A stretch of DNA of 64,000 nucleotides from Candidatus Hydrogenedentota bacterium (GTDB lineage Bacteria; Hydrogenedentota; Hydrogenedentia; Hydrogenedentales; SLHB01): positions 96,001-160,000 of the forward strand of contig CAXXTH010000003.1 of assembly GCA_963668025.2 (NCBI GenBank), read 5' to 3'. The translations under genes were made by a program, and so were the position numbers. Positions 49,953-59,966 of the stretch are shown piece after piece. The notes under the pieces are model-generated. The model was not told the origin of the DNA. It saw nothing but the letters and a program-made list of their open reading frames with translations, and ran no database searches. The first letter of the stretch is position 1; each line of letters begins with the position of its first letter.

Positions 49953-50207
49953 TGCCATGCGGATTGATTATGTGGTGTTTTTAGTGCGAAATATAGCGTG
50001 AGCGTTCTCATACATATTTAGGCAAAAGAAGCATATGTGCCGGAAAATGATTTTCCACTGAAAAAATCACTGGCATGCCATATCACTCTCCTAAATATAA
50101 GCTCTTTTCTTATAAACACTTACAGTCCTTATTCTCTCGATGCGCTGATTGCGGATGCATTTCGTATCGCTGGAAAAACGGACTGGATAGTTTCTCGAAA
50201 AATCTGC

Positions 50208-50236
50208 TTGACACGTGATCGATCACGGTATATGAT
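50208..50236 (+). promoter_or_regulatory. Sigma70 promoter with a perfect 14-bp palindromic operator in the spacer
   Basis: TTGACA-cgtgatcgatcacggta(17)-TATGAT. Palindrome CGTGATCGATCACG at 50214-50227. Confidence 0.8.
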
Positions 50237-50758
50237 TTTAGTTGATAATCACAGTTGAAACATTTTTATTTGTTTTAGTAATACCGTTGATCCGAATCAT
50301 AAGATTTTGCCAAATCGGAGGCAATCTACTCTCCTCGTAAGGTGAGGCCTTTCTTGGCGGGTCGGGATATTCAAAACGCAATTGAATCCGCACGAACACG
50401 GCAGAAGGCCGTTTTCGGCTGATTGCATTTTCGAGGATGAAAAAAGGAAGAAAAGGTGTGTGGCTCTAGAAGATCATACGTCATTTAGAAAAAGGAGGTG
50501 GCGCCGGGGATGGAGTTATGTAAACCGTCCACATAAGGCGGCGATTCGGTGAAGCAGGAATCGGGAGAGCATACCCGAACTGTGAATGATGTATAGAACC
50601 GCTTTCTTGCTGAGAACGGTCCATTGCTCAATTCTTAAAATCAAAGACTATTCTCGATGTTCAATACACCAGCTTTTAGGCGTTGTTTAAAAGACGGGGC
50701 CTCTTGTAACCACAAAGAAAAAGGCTGTTAATTCAACGAAGATGAGGAGGATGTGGTA

Positions 50759-51538
50759 ATGAGAACAAAATCTTCACGTGTAGCAATGGCGTTGGCATTT
50801 GTCTTAGCGGCAAGTGTAGCAAGTGCGGGAACGGTTTATCTCAATTTTGATGATGGGGGCGCTGCATTGCCTGAAGGCACTACGCTGGGAACTGGGGGAT
50901 GGGGCGATCCTGCTTTTGCGGATGGAGCCCTTGTATTGAGTGGAGGTGGTCCTGTTATTAAATTCCCGAATGATTGGATTTCCGGGCAGACAGTGACCAT
51001 GGAGTTCACGATTCCTAATATGATGGGTTGTATTCCAGCCGAACGTGGTGGAACTGGGTGGCAAGAAGGATCATATAACGCGGGGTGGAAGTTCGTCCAG
51101 GACACATTCTGCATCATGGGCAATGGCCTGTTATGTGGCTACCTGGAAATCGTGACCTCCCATATTGGCATGGTCGATTGTGGCAACGCATATGCAGGCG
51201 CTGATTTTGACATTGAAGGCGCTTGCGCTCAAACCACAGGATTTCGTGTAACTATCAAGTGTGTCATGGATGCCGAAGCCCAAACGATGACTGCATATTA
51301 TGCGTATGGCGATGATGCGACAACGCCAACCCAGCGCGCAACCAATTGGACGCTGTTGTATTCCTTCTCAGATGTGGTTTTTGATCATCCAGAGTTCTGG
51401 GGAATTCAATCATTTGGCGTCAGCCTGCTGGTGGATGATGTAATCATCGAAAGCTCGACGGCTCCCGATTATGGCACGGCTCCACCTTTGCCGCAGGCTG
51501 ATGTGCCAGAGATTAGTGTGCCCTTCTTCCAAGACTGA
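50759..51538 (+). CDS. Secreted hypothetical protein
   Basis: GAGGAGG RBS, signal peptide ending ASA, beta-rich body, terminator follows. Confidence 0.8.
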   Translation: MRTKSSRVAMALAFVLAASVASAGTVYLNFDDGGAALPEGTTLGTGGWGDPAFADGALVLSGGGPVIKFPNDWISGQTVTMEFTIPNMMGCIPAERGGTGWQEGSYNAGWKFVQDTFCIMGNGLLCGYLEIVTSHIGMVDCGNAYAGADFDIEGACAQTTGFRVTIKCVMDAEAQTMTAYYAYGDDATTPTQRATNWTLLYSFSDVVFDHPEFWGIQSFGVSLLVDDVIIESSTAPDYGTAPPLPQADVPEISVPFFQD

Positions 51539-51600
51539 AGTCCGGCCGTATCTGATTTAGGCGGGCTTACATAGTGTTATAGGTGGCATCTGGTAAGAGA

Positions 51601-51642
51601 AACCTCCTGGACGGGGCTGTTTCAAGCCCCGCGGGAGGTTTT
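51601..51642 (+). terminator. Rho-independent terminator
   Basis: aacctcc..cggggct...agccccg.gggaggtttt. Confidence 0.8.
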
Positions 51643-51861
51643 AATCTTTTGTAGCTGTCTGTAAACATATGCTCATCTCTAAAGCTCAATCCTGGGGCCG
51701 AAGCATGGCTATACCTCAGCAAAGGCGGCCTATTGCCGTCTGCATTTCAAATGGCTCTTCTCGTAGCCATACTCGTCCGCCGCAAACTTATTTGCTGTTC
51801 TTGGTATAATTACATCGAAAATTGTTGCATTCGCTGCGGCATAACACAAAGAAAGCCCATT

Positions 51862-52590
51862 ATGATCCGAATAGAGAATCTGACCAAGCGCTTCAACGGC
51901 TATGCCGCCGTGGACGCCCTTTCGCTCGATATCGCCGAAGGCGAGTTTTTCTGTTTTCTTGGCCCCAACGGGGCGGGCAAGACGACGACCATCAAGATGT
52001 TGGTGGGACTGCTGCATCCCACGGAAGGCCGGGCATTGATTGGGGGCCATGACATCCAGCGTGACCCCGTGGCCACGAAGGCGTTGATTGGCTATATCCC
52101 CGACACACCGTTTCTATATGACAAACTCACCGGTCGTGAGTTCATGCGTTTCGTGGCGGGACTGTACCGTATTCCCGAGCGTACGCTGCTGACGGAGGGG
52201 GAAGAACTGCTGGAACGCTTTGAATTACGCGATGTGGCGGACATGCTCATCGAGGAATACAGCCACGGCATGCGGCAAAAGCTCTCCTTCGCCTCTTGCT
52301 TTCTCCACAAGCCCCGGGTGGTGATCGTCGATGAACCATGGGTGGGCCTTGATCCGAAGAACATCCGTTTCGTGCGCCATTTCCTTAAAGAGAAGACCCG
52401 TGAAGGCCTCACGGTGTTCATGTCCACTCACAGCTTGGGGGTCATTGAGGACGTGGCCGGCCGAATCGGCATTATCCGCCGTGGACGCCTGCTTCACACC
52501 GGCTCGCTGGCGGATATTTTGGCCCTCGCCCAGAATCCCGGCACGCTCGAAGAGGTATTCCTCGCCCTTACGGAAGAAGAGGAGGCGTGA
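51862..52590 (+). CDS. ABC transporter ATP-binding protein (ABC-2 type)
   Basis: GPNGAGKTT, YSHGMRQK, IVDEP, MSTH. Confidence 0.95.
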   Translation: MIRIENLTKRFNGYAAVDALSLDIAEGEFFCFLGPNGAGKTTTIKMLVGLLHPTEGRALIGGHDIQRDPVATKALIGYIPDTPFLYDKLTGREFMRFVAGLYRIPERTLLTEGEELLERFELRDVADMLIEEYSHGMRQKLSFASCFLHKPRVVIVDEPWVGLDPKNIRFVRHFLKEKTREGLTVFMSTHSLGVIEDVAGRIGIIRRGRLLHTGSLADILALAQNPGTLEEVFLALTEEEEA

Positions 52591-54299
52591 TGGGGCCGCT
52601 TGGAGCCTTTTTCCGCGCTAAACTGCGCATGGCCCGCCATAGCGTGGCGTCCGTACGCAGGGAATCCAAGCTCAAAGTGGCCGTGGTCAGCATTGCGACG
52701 GTGCTATTGTGGGTGGGGGCGTATGGGGCGTTCCATGCGGGTTTCCATTGGCTCCAGCATATCGACGTGGGTGTGAGCAATGACATCATGAATATTGGCG
52801 AGATCGTCATGCTGCGCCTGCTCTCCGTTTTCGCGCTGGCCCTGTTTCTCATGTTAATTTTCTCGAATATCCTCATCTCCTTTTCGACGTTATACCGCGC
52901 CCAAGAGACCAGCTATCTTCTTCAGACGCCGCTTTCCCACCGCGAACTGTTTCTGGGCCGTTTTGCGGAATGCGTCGTGTTTAGTTCATGGGCCTCCGCA
53001 TTCCTGGGTTCGCCGCTCATCCTGGCGTACGGGCGCATTACGGGTGCGCCACTGGCATTCTATTTCGCCGCGCTCGCGGTATACATTCCTTTTGTCACCG
53101 TGCCCGCCGCATTAGGCGCTATCTTCACCATAAGCCTTGTGCGCGTATATCCGCGCCTGCCCCGAGGCGCGCTGGCCGTGGCGGCGGCCCTTCTGGCGGC
53201 TGGGCTGGCGTTCTACTTGCGGGACACGTTCAATACAGCACGCATGGCGGAAGACACCTATTTTCAAAGCAAGGCCCTCAGCGCTTTCGGGGCCATTTCC
53301 ACGCAAACCCAATCGCCTTGGCTGCCAAGCCACTGGGCGGCCCAGTCCCTCATTCTCGTTTCCCGGGGCCAATACGCGGACGGGCTTTTTTACATACTGC
53401 TGCTGCTGTCAAACGCCCTATTGATCGTCTGGCTGGCTTCAGAACTGGCCCAGCGCATGTATTATCCCGGATGGGCCAGCCTGGCGGGGCGCGAACGCAA
53501 GCGCTTGCGCTGGTTCACGTTCGGCGTGCTGGGGCATACCGAGCGTTTAATGGCCTGGGCCCCCCAGCCCGCGCGCGCGCTGATAGTTAAAGACATCAAA
53601 CTGTTCTGGCGGGAACCCGCGCAATGGCTCCAGTTCATCATATTTTTCGGCATCATGGCGGTGTATATCGCCGGGCTGCGCAACCAGGAAGTTCCGGGCG
53701 CGCCCTATTACCGAAGCTGGATCGCCTGCATGAATATTGGCGCTTGCACGCTTATTCTCGCCACCCTCACGAGCCGTTTTGTGTTCCCTCTGGTGAGCCT
53801 CGAGGGGCGGCGCTTCTGGGTGTTGGGCCTCGCGCCGATCACGTTCCGGCAAGTCGTGCGGCAAAAATTCTGGCTGAGCGTGGCCACCACCTCGGCCTTC
53901 ACCATCGGGCTGATCGTGCTTTCCTGCATCCGGCTTGGCGTCGAGCCGTTGGTGTTCTTCCTGGCCGTCTACAGCATCATCATCACCAATTTCGCCCTGT
54001 CGGGCCTGGCGGTGGGACTCGGCAGCCTGTTCCCCAACTTCCAGGAAGACAATCCCGCCCGCATTGTGTCGGGCATGGGAGGCACCCTGAATTTCCTCCT
54101 CAGCATGGGCTACATCGCATTGGTGGTTGGCGCGCAGACGGTGATTATTCAATGGCGCGTGCTCGAACGCTTCACGCACCCAGGCTCATTCAGATGGGCG
54201 CTCACAGGCGTGTTGGTATTCATCACCGTGCTCAGCGCCGTCTGCGCCATCGCGCCGCTTCGGCTAGGCTTGATGCACCTCGATAGAGCCGAATTCTGA
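52587..54299 (+). CDS. ABC exporter permease
   Basis: About 12 TM helices, LIVKDIKLFWR, SLEGRRFWVL..AP. Overlaps the ATPase stop. Confidence 0.88.
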   Translation: MMGPLGAFFRAKLRMARHSVASVRRESKLKVAVVSIATVLLWVGAYGAFHAGFHWLQHIDVGVSNDIMNIGEIVMLRLLSVFALALFLMLIFSNILISFSTLYRAQETSYLLQTPLSHRELFLGRFAECVVFSSWASAFLGSPLILAYGRITGAPLAFYFAALAVYIPFVTVPAALGAIFTISLVRVYPRLPRGALAVAAALLAAGLAFYLRDTFNTARMAEDTYFQSKALSAFGAISTQTQSPWLPSHWAAQSLILVSRGQYADGLFYILLLLSNALLIVWLASELAQRMYYPGWASLAGRERKRLRWFTFGVLGHTERLMAWAPQPARALIVKDIKLFWREPAQWLQFIIFFGIMAVYIAGLRNQEVPGAPYYRSWIACMNIGACTLILATLTSRFVFPLVSLEGRRFWVLGLAPITFRQVVRQKFWLSVATTSAFTIGLIVLSCIRLGVEPLVFFLAVYSIIITNFALSGLAVGLGSLFPNFQEDNPARIVSGMGGTLNFLLSMGYIALVVGAQTVIIQWRVLERFTHPGSFRWALTGVLVFITVLSAVCAIAPLRLGLMHLDRAEF

Positions 54300-54339
54300 T
54301 GTAAATATGTAGCACTTTAACCAACTGAAGTAATGGCAG

Positions 54340-54480
54340 CTTTTTTTAGACATGATTTACAAGATTGCAATGATTTTTTATAAAGCTAAACGTCGAAAAG
54401 AAAGAGCGTGTTTTTCATGTAGAGACTGCCATTGCAAAAATTGCAAAAATCTTGTCCATCCTGTAAATCCTGTTAAAAAA
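54340..54480. repeat. Imperfect inverted-repeat element with 9-nt-period units
   Basis: ttttttagacatgatttacaagatt ... attgcaaaa attgcaaaa atcttgtcc atcctgtaa atcctgtta aaaaa. Confidence 0.7.
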
Positions 54481-54651
54481 CTCCCAGTAACGGAGGTTAG
54501 CCATGCATTAGCGTCTATTCGTACAACTAACAGTTAAAAATGTAGTTCCCTTGCGAAGATTTTGCATAGAACTCAAATCATATCAAATAGTTACAGGATA
54601 TGCTTTTTATGTGCCGTTGTAGGATGTGTTGCACGAGCTCTCTCCTTTCTC

Positions 54652-54775
54652 GCATGGGCGAGACGCCCACGCCACGGGAGTCGCAAAAACATTTTAGAGG
54701 ATATATTCGCGTTCATTCGCGTTCATTCGCGGTAAAAAAACGAAACACTTTGGTTGCGGCCACGCCGCGCTAAGT
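54652..54775 (+). repeat. REP hairpin plus ATTCGCGTTC triplet plus TTGGTTGCGGC end
   Basis: Direct homolog of 49862-49952. Confidence 0.85.
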
Positions 54776-54856
54776 CTATTCGCGGTTCAAAAATCGGTCC
54801 GATGCTTTTGCTCCAGATGCCTAAAGTGTTACATAAATACAAAGAAGGAGGGAACC

Positions 54857-55264
54857 ATGATGAGCGATATCGCTATCCGCACCACCCAGCATACCCAATT
54901 CCGCAACATTGATGCGGAGGTCCAGCAAGCTGTCACGGAATCGGGCGTACAAAACGGCATTTGCCATGTTTTCGTGCCACACACGACAGCGGGCGTCACG
55001 ATCAACGAAAACGCTGATCCCGATGTTATTCACGATATGACGGCCATTCTCGAACGCATCGCACCCTGGAATGGCGGTTACGCCCATGCGGAAGGAAACT
55101 CCGCCGCCCATGTAAAAGCCAGCCTCATGGGATTCTCGCAGTCGATTCCCATCCAGAATGGACGCCTCGTTTTGGGAACATGGCAATCCATCTATTTCTG
55201 CGAGTTTGATGGCCCACGCACCCGGCGGGTGCGGGTGGATGCCTGGCCAGTATGTGCGCCATAA
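54857..55264 (+). CDS. yjbQ: YjbQ/UPF0047 family protein
   Basis: FVPHTTAGVTINENADPDV..D, HAEGNSAAHVKASL, LGTWQSIYFCEFDGPR. Confidence 0.93.
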   Translation: MMSDIAIRTTQHTQFRNIDAEVQQAVTESGVQNGICHVFVPHTTAGVTINENADPDVIHDMTAILERIAPWNGGYAHAEGNSAAHVKASLMGFSQSIPIQNGRLVLGTWQSIYFCEFDGPRTRRVRVDAWPVCAP

Positions 55265-55578
55265 AAGATATAAGCCCTTTTAATTTAACGGGATAGGCAA
55301 TATGCGGTGGCCAGGGGGCATGCCCCTATTGCTCGTTGTAGAGATGCGGATCTATTCTCTATCCGAAACATACGAAAATACAGTAAAAAGTGTTATTGTA
55401 GAAAAACCTATACATAAATCATTGGCTTGCGGATGTAAAATATTTGTGGCATACTAATCCCGTGAGATATATAGGTTTAAAAAAAACTGGTTGTTGTACG
55501 TAGTGAGGCCAGATGATTCATTAAGATATAAGCAGACAAAAATGTAGGGTAGGATTTCCCGGAAATGGGGGGGGCGCG

Positions 55579-58113
55579 ATGTTCGCGTGCATCCTAATTC
55601 TATCGATGGGGCTTCAAGTCGCGGCGGCGATTCTCTCTCTACGTCTGATCAAATTGACACATCGTAAAATTGCATGGTCACTCATTGCCATTGGTTTTAT
55701 CGTAATGTCGTCGAGAAGAGTCTTATCTCTCTACGCCTACCTATGTGGACAATTCCGCCCTCTCGATTATCCCATGGACCTTTTGGGTTTGCTGATCTCC
55801 ATTGTTATGCTGGCGGGCGTGATTCTGATTGGCCCCATTTTTCGGAGCATGAATGAAGCATACAAGCTTTTGGAAGAACGCGAAGTCAAGTATCGGACGC
55901 TTCACGACGCCGCATTCGACGCATTACTGACTGTTTGTTACCCGTTAGGTCGTATTCTCGAAGCCAATAATGCCGCTGCGATTCTTCTCGGACACCTTAA
56001 ATCCAGACTATTGGAAATGGCTTGCCAAGATATTACCGCACCGGAGGCATGGCCGGAACTGGAGGCGAAAGTACAAGAATATCTCACGCGAAACAGCGCA
56101 TTTGTAATAGACACTTGCTGGGTCAACGCCGATAAGGTGCGAATTCCGGTGTCTGTTTCAGGAAGGCTATGCGAACTGGAAGGCATTAAAGCGGTGCAGC
56201 TCGTGGGTCGCGATGTCACGGAGCAGCGGCGCTCGGCGGACGCCCTGCGGGAGAGTGAAGAACGCCTCCGCCTTTTGCTGGAAAGTGCGGATGATATTAT
56301 TCTCATGTTCGATTTGGATGGAAACATCCTCTATTTCAATGGCGCCAGCCGGTTCCATATCGGGCCATATCAAGGCCCTTCAACCGATCTACTCCCCGAG
56401 GTGTTTCGAGGGCGTGCCCAGGATCTCATGAAACAAGCAAAGCAAGTGGCTGAGACGGGCCAAGGCTATACGGAAGAAAATGAATTGTTTTGGGGTGGAG
56501 AACGTCTCTTTTTCCAAGGCACTCTATTCCCCATTCGAGATGCGAGTGGACGTGTGGCGCGGGTTGGAAGGATCTGCCGTAATGTCACCAAATTGAAACG
56601 CCTGGAAGAACTCTATTCCCTCGCTCTAGCCAACAGCAAAGTGGGCGTATGGGAATGGGATATCGCCACGGATGTTTTTCAAATGTCGGACAATTTCTTA
56701 TCTTTGCTGGGATATGAGCAAAACGAAATTGGCGGCACGCTGGAAGGATGGTTCTCCCATATGCATCCTTCTGACGCAGACACCGTGCGAAAGGCCGTCA
56801 GAGAGCATGTGGAAGGCCGGACGCCAGACTTTAGTGTCACGCATCGCTTTTTGCATAAAGAGGGCTCTGTGTGTTGGATGCTATCCGTGGGGCGAACCGA
56901 ACGGGGCGCATCAGGAAAGCCCGTACGCATGGTGGGCACCTGTACGGATATCACTGGGCAGAAAAACGCGGAAGAGGTCATGCGCAGCGCTTCCCTTTTT
57001 GAAGCGACGGCCACTCTGGCGGGCGGCATTGCGCATCGCTTCAATAATCTCATGGCGGTGGTGCTGGGAAACGCTTGCCTGCTTCGCGATGATCTAGAAA
57101 GCCATCCGGCTTCCCAACACTCCTTGCGGGAGATCGAAGAAGCGGCGATCAATGCTGGCGATCTGGCCCGCCAAATGCTCGCCTTTGCCCGCCGTGGCAA
57201 ATACCACCCTGCGGAACTAAACTTAAATGCATTGATTAAGCAAACGCTCCAGTTACATGAGTCCAAAATTCCTTCCCGAATCCAAATTATCGAAGATCTG
57301 GAAAAGGGGCTCTGGCATATCAAGGCGGACGCCACCCAAGTGGAACTGGTGATTTTAAATGTCATGATGAACGCCATCGAATCCATTGAGGCCGAGGGCT
57401 CCATTACGATACGAACCTATCATTTCATGTTTGCACATACGCCAAATCATGACCTTATCGACATACAAGAAGGGCCATATGTCATCATGACTATATCGGA
57501 CACCGGGTGCGGGATGCCCGCGGAGACCATTCGCCACATATATGAGCCGTTTTATTCAACAAAAGCGCCTGGGCGCGGTTTGGGCCTTGCGGCCGTTTTC
57601 GGCATCATGAAAAATCATGACGGGCATGTGGATATCCATAGCGAACCCGGTGCGGGTTCGAGAGCCACACTCTATTTTCCCGCTATTAACCAGCTTCCCG
57701 TGGAGCAGAATGGCCATGAAACGGCTGCTTTGCCTCACGGCTCGGAAACCATACTCATTGTGGATGATCAAGCCATGATCCTAGCCGCGACGCGAATGCT
57801 GTTTGAACGCCTCGGGTATTCCGTACTGACCGCCAAACATGGCCGGGAAGCAATCGAGACCGCCTGGCGCAAAGGCCCTGATATCCAACTGGTTATTTTA
57901 GATATGATTATGCCCGAGATGGGCGGCTGCGAAGCGTTTCCTCATTTGCGCAAAGCGTGTCCTTCCGCCAAAATCCTCCTCCTGTCGGGATATGAGTTCG
58001 ATGAATCCGCACAAAGCCTCCTAGACCAAGGGGCTATCGAGTTTATACAGAAGCCGGTGCCTGGCGCTGTCTTGGCCCGGACTGTCCGCCGCGTTCTGGA
58101 TACGGTGCAATAA
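55579..58113 (+). CDS. Hybrid PAS-domain sensor histidine kinase/response regulator
   Basis: 3 N-terminal TM helices, three PAS domains, LAGGIAHRFNNL H-box, NAIES, DTGCG, PFYSTK..GRGLGL, receiver ILIVDD..LVILDMIMP..KP. Confidence 0.93.
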   Translation: MFACILILSMGLQVAAAILSLRLIKLTHRKIAWSLIAIGFIVMSSRRVLSLYAYLCGQFRPLDYPMDLLGLLISIVMLAGVILIGPIFRSMNEAYKLLEEREVKYRTLHDAAFDALLTVCYPLGRILEANNAAAILLGHLKSRLLEMACQDITAPEAWPELEAKVQEYLTRNSAFVIDTCWVNADKVRIPVSVSGRLCELEGIKAVQLVGRDVTEQRRSADALRESEERLRLLLESADDIILMFDLDGNILYFNGASRFHIGPYQGPSTDLLPEVFRGRAQDLMKQAKQVAETGQGYTEENELFWGGERLFFQGTLFPIRDASGRVARVGRICRNVTKLKRLEELYSLALANSKVGVWEWDIATDVFQMSDNFLSLLGYEQNEIGGTLEGWFSHMHPSDADTVRKAVREHVEGRTPDFSVTHRFLHKEGSVCWMLSVGRTERGASGKPVRMVGTCTDITGQKNAEEVMRSASLFEATATLAGGIAHRFNNLMAVVLGNACLLRDDLESHPASQHSLREIEEAAINAGDLARQMLAFARRGKYHPAELNLNALIKQTLQLHESKIPSRIQIIEDLEKGLWHIKADATQVELVILNVMMNAIESIEAEGSITIRTYHFMFAHTPNHDLIDIQEGPYVIMTISDTGCGMPAETIRHIYEPFYSTKAPGRGLGLAAVFGIMKNHDGHVDIHSEPGAGSRATLYFPAINQLPVEQNGHETAALPHGSETILIVDDQAMILAATRMLFERLGYSVLTAKHGREAIETAWRKGPDIQLVILDMIMPEMGGCEAFPHLRKACPSAKILLLSGYEFDESAQSLLDQGAIEFIQKPVPGAVLARTVRRVLDTVQ

Positions 58114-58121
58114 CGCTCGAA

Positions 58122-58151
58122 TTGACTTGTTTGAACGGCCACCCGTATCAT
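58122..58151 (+). promoter_or_regulatory. Putative sigma70 promoter of parAB
   Basis: TTGACT-18 nt-TATCAT. Confidence 0.55.
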
Positions 58152-58232
58152 ACGGCCTCTAGTGGGTTTCTGCAGAGCCGCAAGCGGCCGTATGTCGGCT
58201 ATGCTTCTTCCTGCGGCGGACAGCGTGGGGTC

Positions 58233-58991
58233 ATGGGAATAATCATCGCAATTGCCAATCAAAAAGGCGGCGTGGGCAAGACCACAACCGCCGTCAATTT
58301 GAGCGCCTGCATGGCTGCGGCGGGGCGGCGTGTCTTGATCGTCGATTTCGATCCGCAAGGCAACGCCACCAGCGGCCTTGGCGTGGAAAAGGCGAAACTG
58401 GCGCAGACGATTTATGATGTGCTTGTGGACGATGTGCCTATTCACGATATTGTGCAGCCCACGGCCGTGGACCGCATGTTCATTGCCCCCGCCGACCGCA
58501 ATCTGGTGGGGGCGGAAATTGAGCTGGTGGAAATGGAAGATCGGGAGCACCGCCTTAGAGTGGCGCTCGAGGCCGTGCGTAGCGAATATGACTATGTTTT
58601 TATCGATTGCCCTCCCGCGCTCAATCTGCTGACAGTGAATGCCCTCGCGGCGGCGGATGGCGTCTTGGTGACGCTCCAATGCGAGTATTTCGCCCTCGAG
58701 GGGCTCAGTGAATTGCTTGGCACTATCGCCCGCGTGCGTGAATCGCTCAATCCAAAACTCGAAGTGCAAGGTGTTCTATTGACGATGTATCAACACACCA
58801 ATTTATCCAGCCAAGTCATTGAAGATGTGCGCACTCATCTGGGAGAAAAAGTGTATCAGACAATTATTCCTCGGAATATTACACTGGCGGAAGCGCCGAG
58901 TTTTGGCCTGCCCATCATTTTTTACGACCTCAAATCCGCGGGCGCTAAGGCCTATCTCGCCCTGGCGCGGGAGGTAGTGTCCCGTGGCTAA
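58233..58991 (+). CDS. parA: Chromosome partitioning ATPase ParA/Soj
   Basis: IANQKGGVGKTTT, DPQGNATSGLG, IDCPP, QCEYFALEGL, IPRN..LAEAPSFG. Confidence 0.96.
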   Translation: MGIIIAIANQKGGVGKTTTAVNLSACMAAAGRRVLIVDFDPQGNATSGLGVEKAKLAQTIYDVLVDDVPIHDIVQPTAVDRMFIAPADRNLVGAEIELVEMEDREHRLRVALEAVRSEYDYVFIDCPPALNLLTVNALAAADGVLVTLQCEYFALEGLSELLGTIARVRESLNPKLEVQGVLLTMYQHTNLSSQVIEDVRTHLGEKVYQTIIPRNITLAEAPSFGLPIIFYDLKSAGAKAYLALAREVVSRG

Positions 58992-59880
58992 TCTTAAAAA
59001 ACGAGGTTTGGGCAAAGGCCTTGACGCATTGTTATCCGGCCGGCCTCCAATTCCCGCGGCTGTTTCCAGCACGCCGCCGCCCCTGTCCTCCGATGAGCCT
59101 GTCGCGGAAGGCGACCGGGTGCTGCATCTTGATCCGCGCCTCATCGAACCAAATCCTAAACAGCCGCGTTCCGTATTCAACGAGGAAGCCCTGGATGAAC
59201 TCGCCGAATCCATCCGGCAGGAAGGCGTGCAAGAGCCCATTATTGTGCGCCGCCGGGGGGAGATATACGAACTCGTCAGCGGCGAACGCCGCGTGCGTGC
59301 AAGCATCATGGCCGACCAGGAAACCGTTCCGGCTATTTGCCGCGAAGTGTCCGATACCGATATGCTCCGCCTTGGGCTTATCGAGAATATCCAGCGTGAA
59401 GACCTAAATGCTATCGAACTCGCCCAAGCTTACCAGAAACTCATTGAAGAATTCGGCTGGACGCAAGAAGAGTTGGCCGATCATGTCGGAAAGAAGCGGG
59501 CGACGGTTGCGAATATGCTGCGGCTGCTGCATCTCCCCGATGAGGTGCAGCGCGATGTAGCGGAAGGTAAAATCAGCATGGGCCATGCCCGCGCTCTTCT
59601 GGCCATCGATGACCCAAAAGCGCTGCAAGCCGCATGCAGGAAAGTCATCATTCAAGGATTAAGCGTCCGGCAAACCGAGCAGCTATCCGCACCGCCTAAT
59701 CCGGCAAAGCCCAAACCACATAAAGATCCCGATATCGCAGGCCTTGAAGATGAATTACGCCGCGCATTAGGCACGCGCGTCTCCGTCCATCCCAGCGGAA
59801 AATCGAAAGGCCGCATCGAGATCGAGTATTACAACCTCGATGATCTGGAGCGCATCCTGGATATCGTGCGGCGCAAATGA
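58984..59880 (+). CDS. parB: Chromosome partitioning protein ParB/Spo0J
   Basis: KRGLGKGLDAL, PNP.QPR, GERR.RA, ENIQREDLN.IE.A, HTH, ISMGHARAL. Confidence 0.96.
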   Translation: MANLKKRGLGKGLDALLSGRPPIPAAVSSTPPPLSSDEPVAEGDRVLHLDPRLIEPNPKQPRSVFNEEALDELAESIRQEGVQEPIIVRRRGEIYELVSGERRVRASIMADQETVPAICREVSDTDMLRLGLIENIQREDLNAIELAQAYQKLIEEFGWTQEELADHVGKKRATVANMLRLLHLPDEVQRDVAEGKISMGHARALLAIDDPKALQAACRKVIIQGLSVRQTEQLSAPPNPAKPKPHKDPDIAGLEDELRRALGTRVSVHPSGKSKGRIEIEYYNLDDLERILDIVRRK

Positions 59881-59966
59881 TACGGGGCAAATGAACGCGC
59901 CACCGTTTTTTATCTATGCATGAAGAAGTGTGATATCAAGATACGTGATGTAAAGGAATCAGTTCC

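Noticed and set aside
50770-50785. parS-like site (atcttcacgtgtagca) given nearby parAB
   Set aside because: Only 11/16 match to TGTTTCACGTGAAACA and it lies inside a CDS. No convincing parS was seen in the window.
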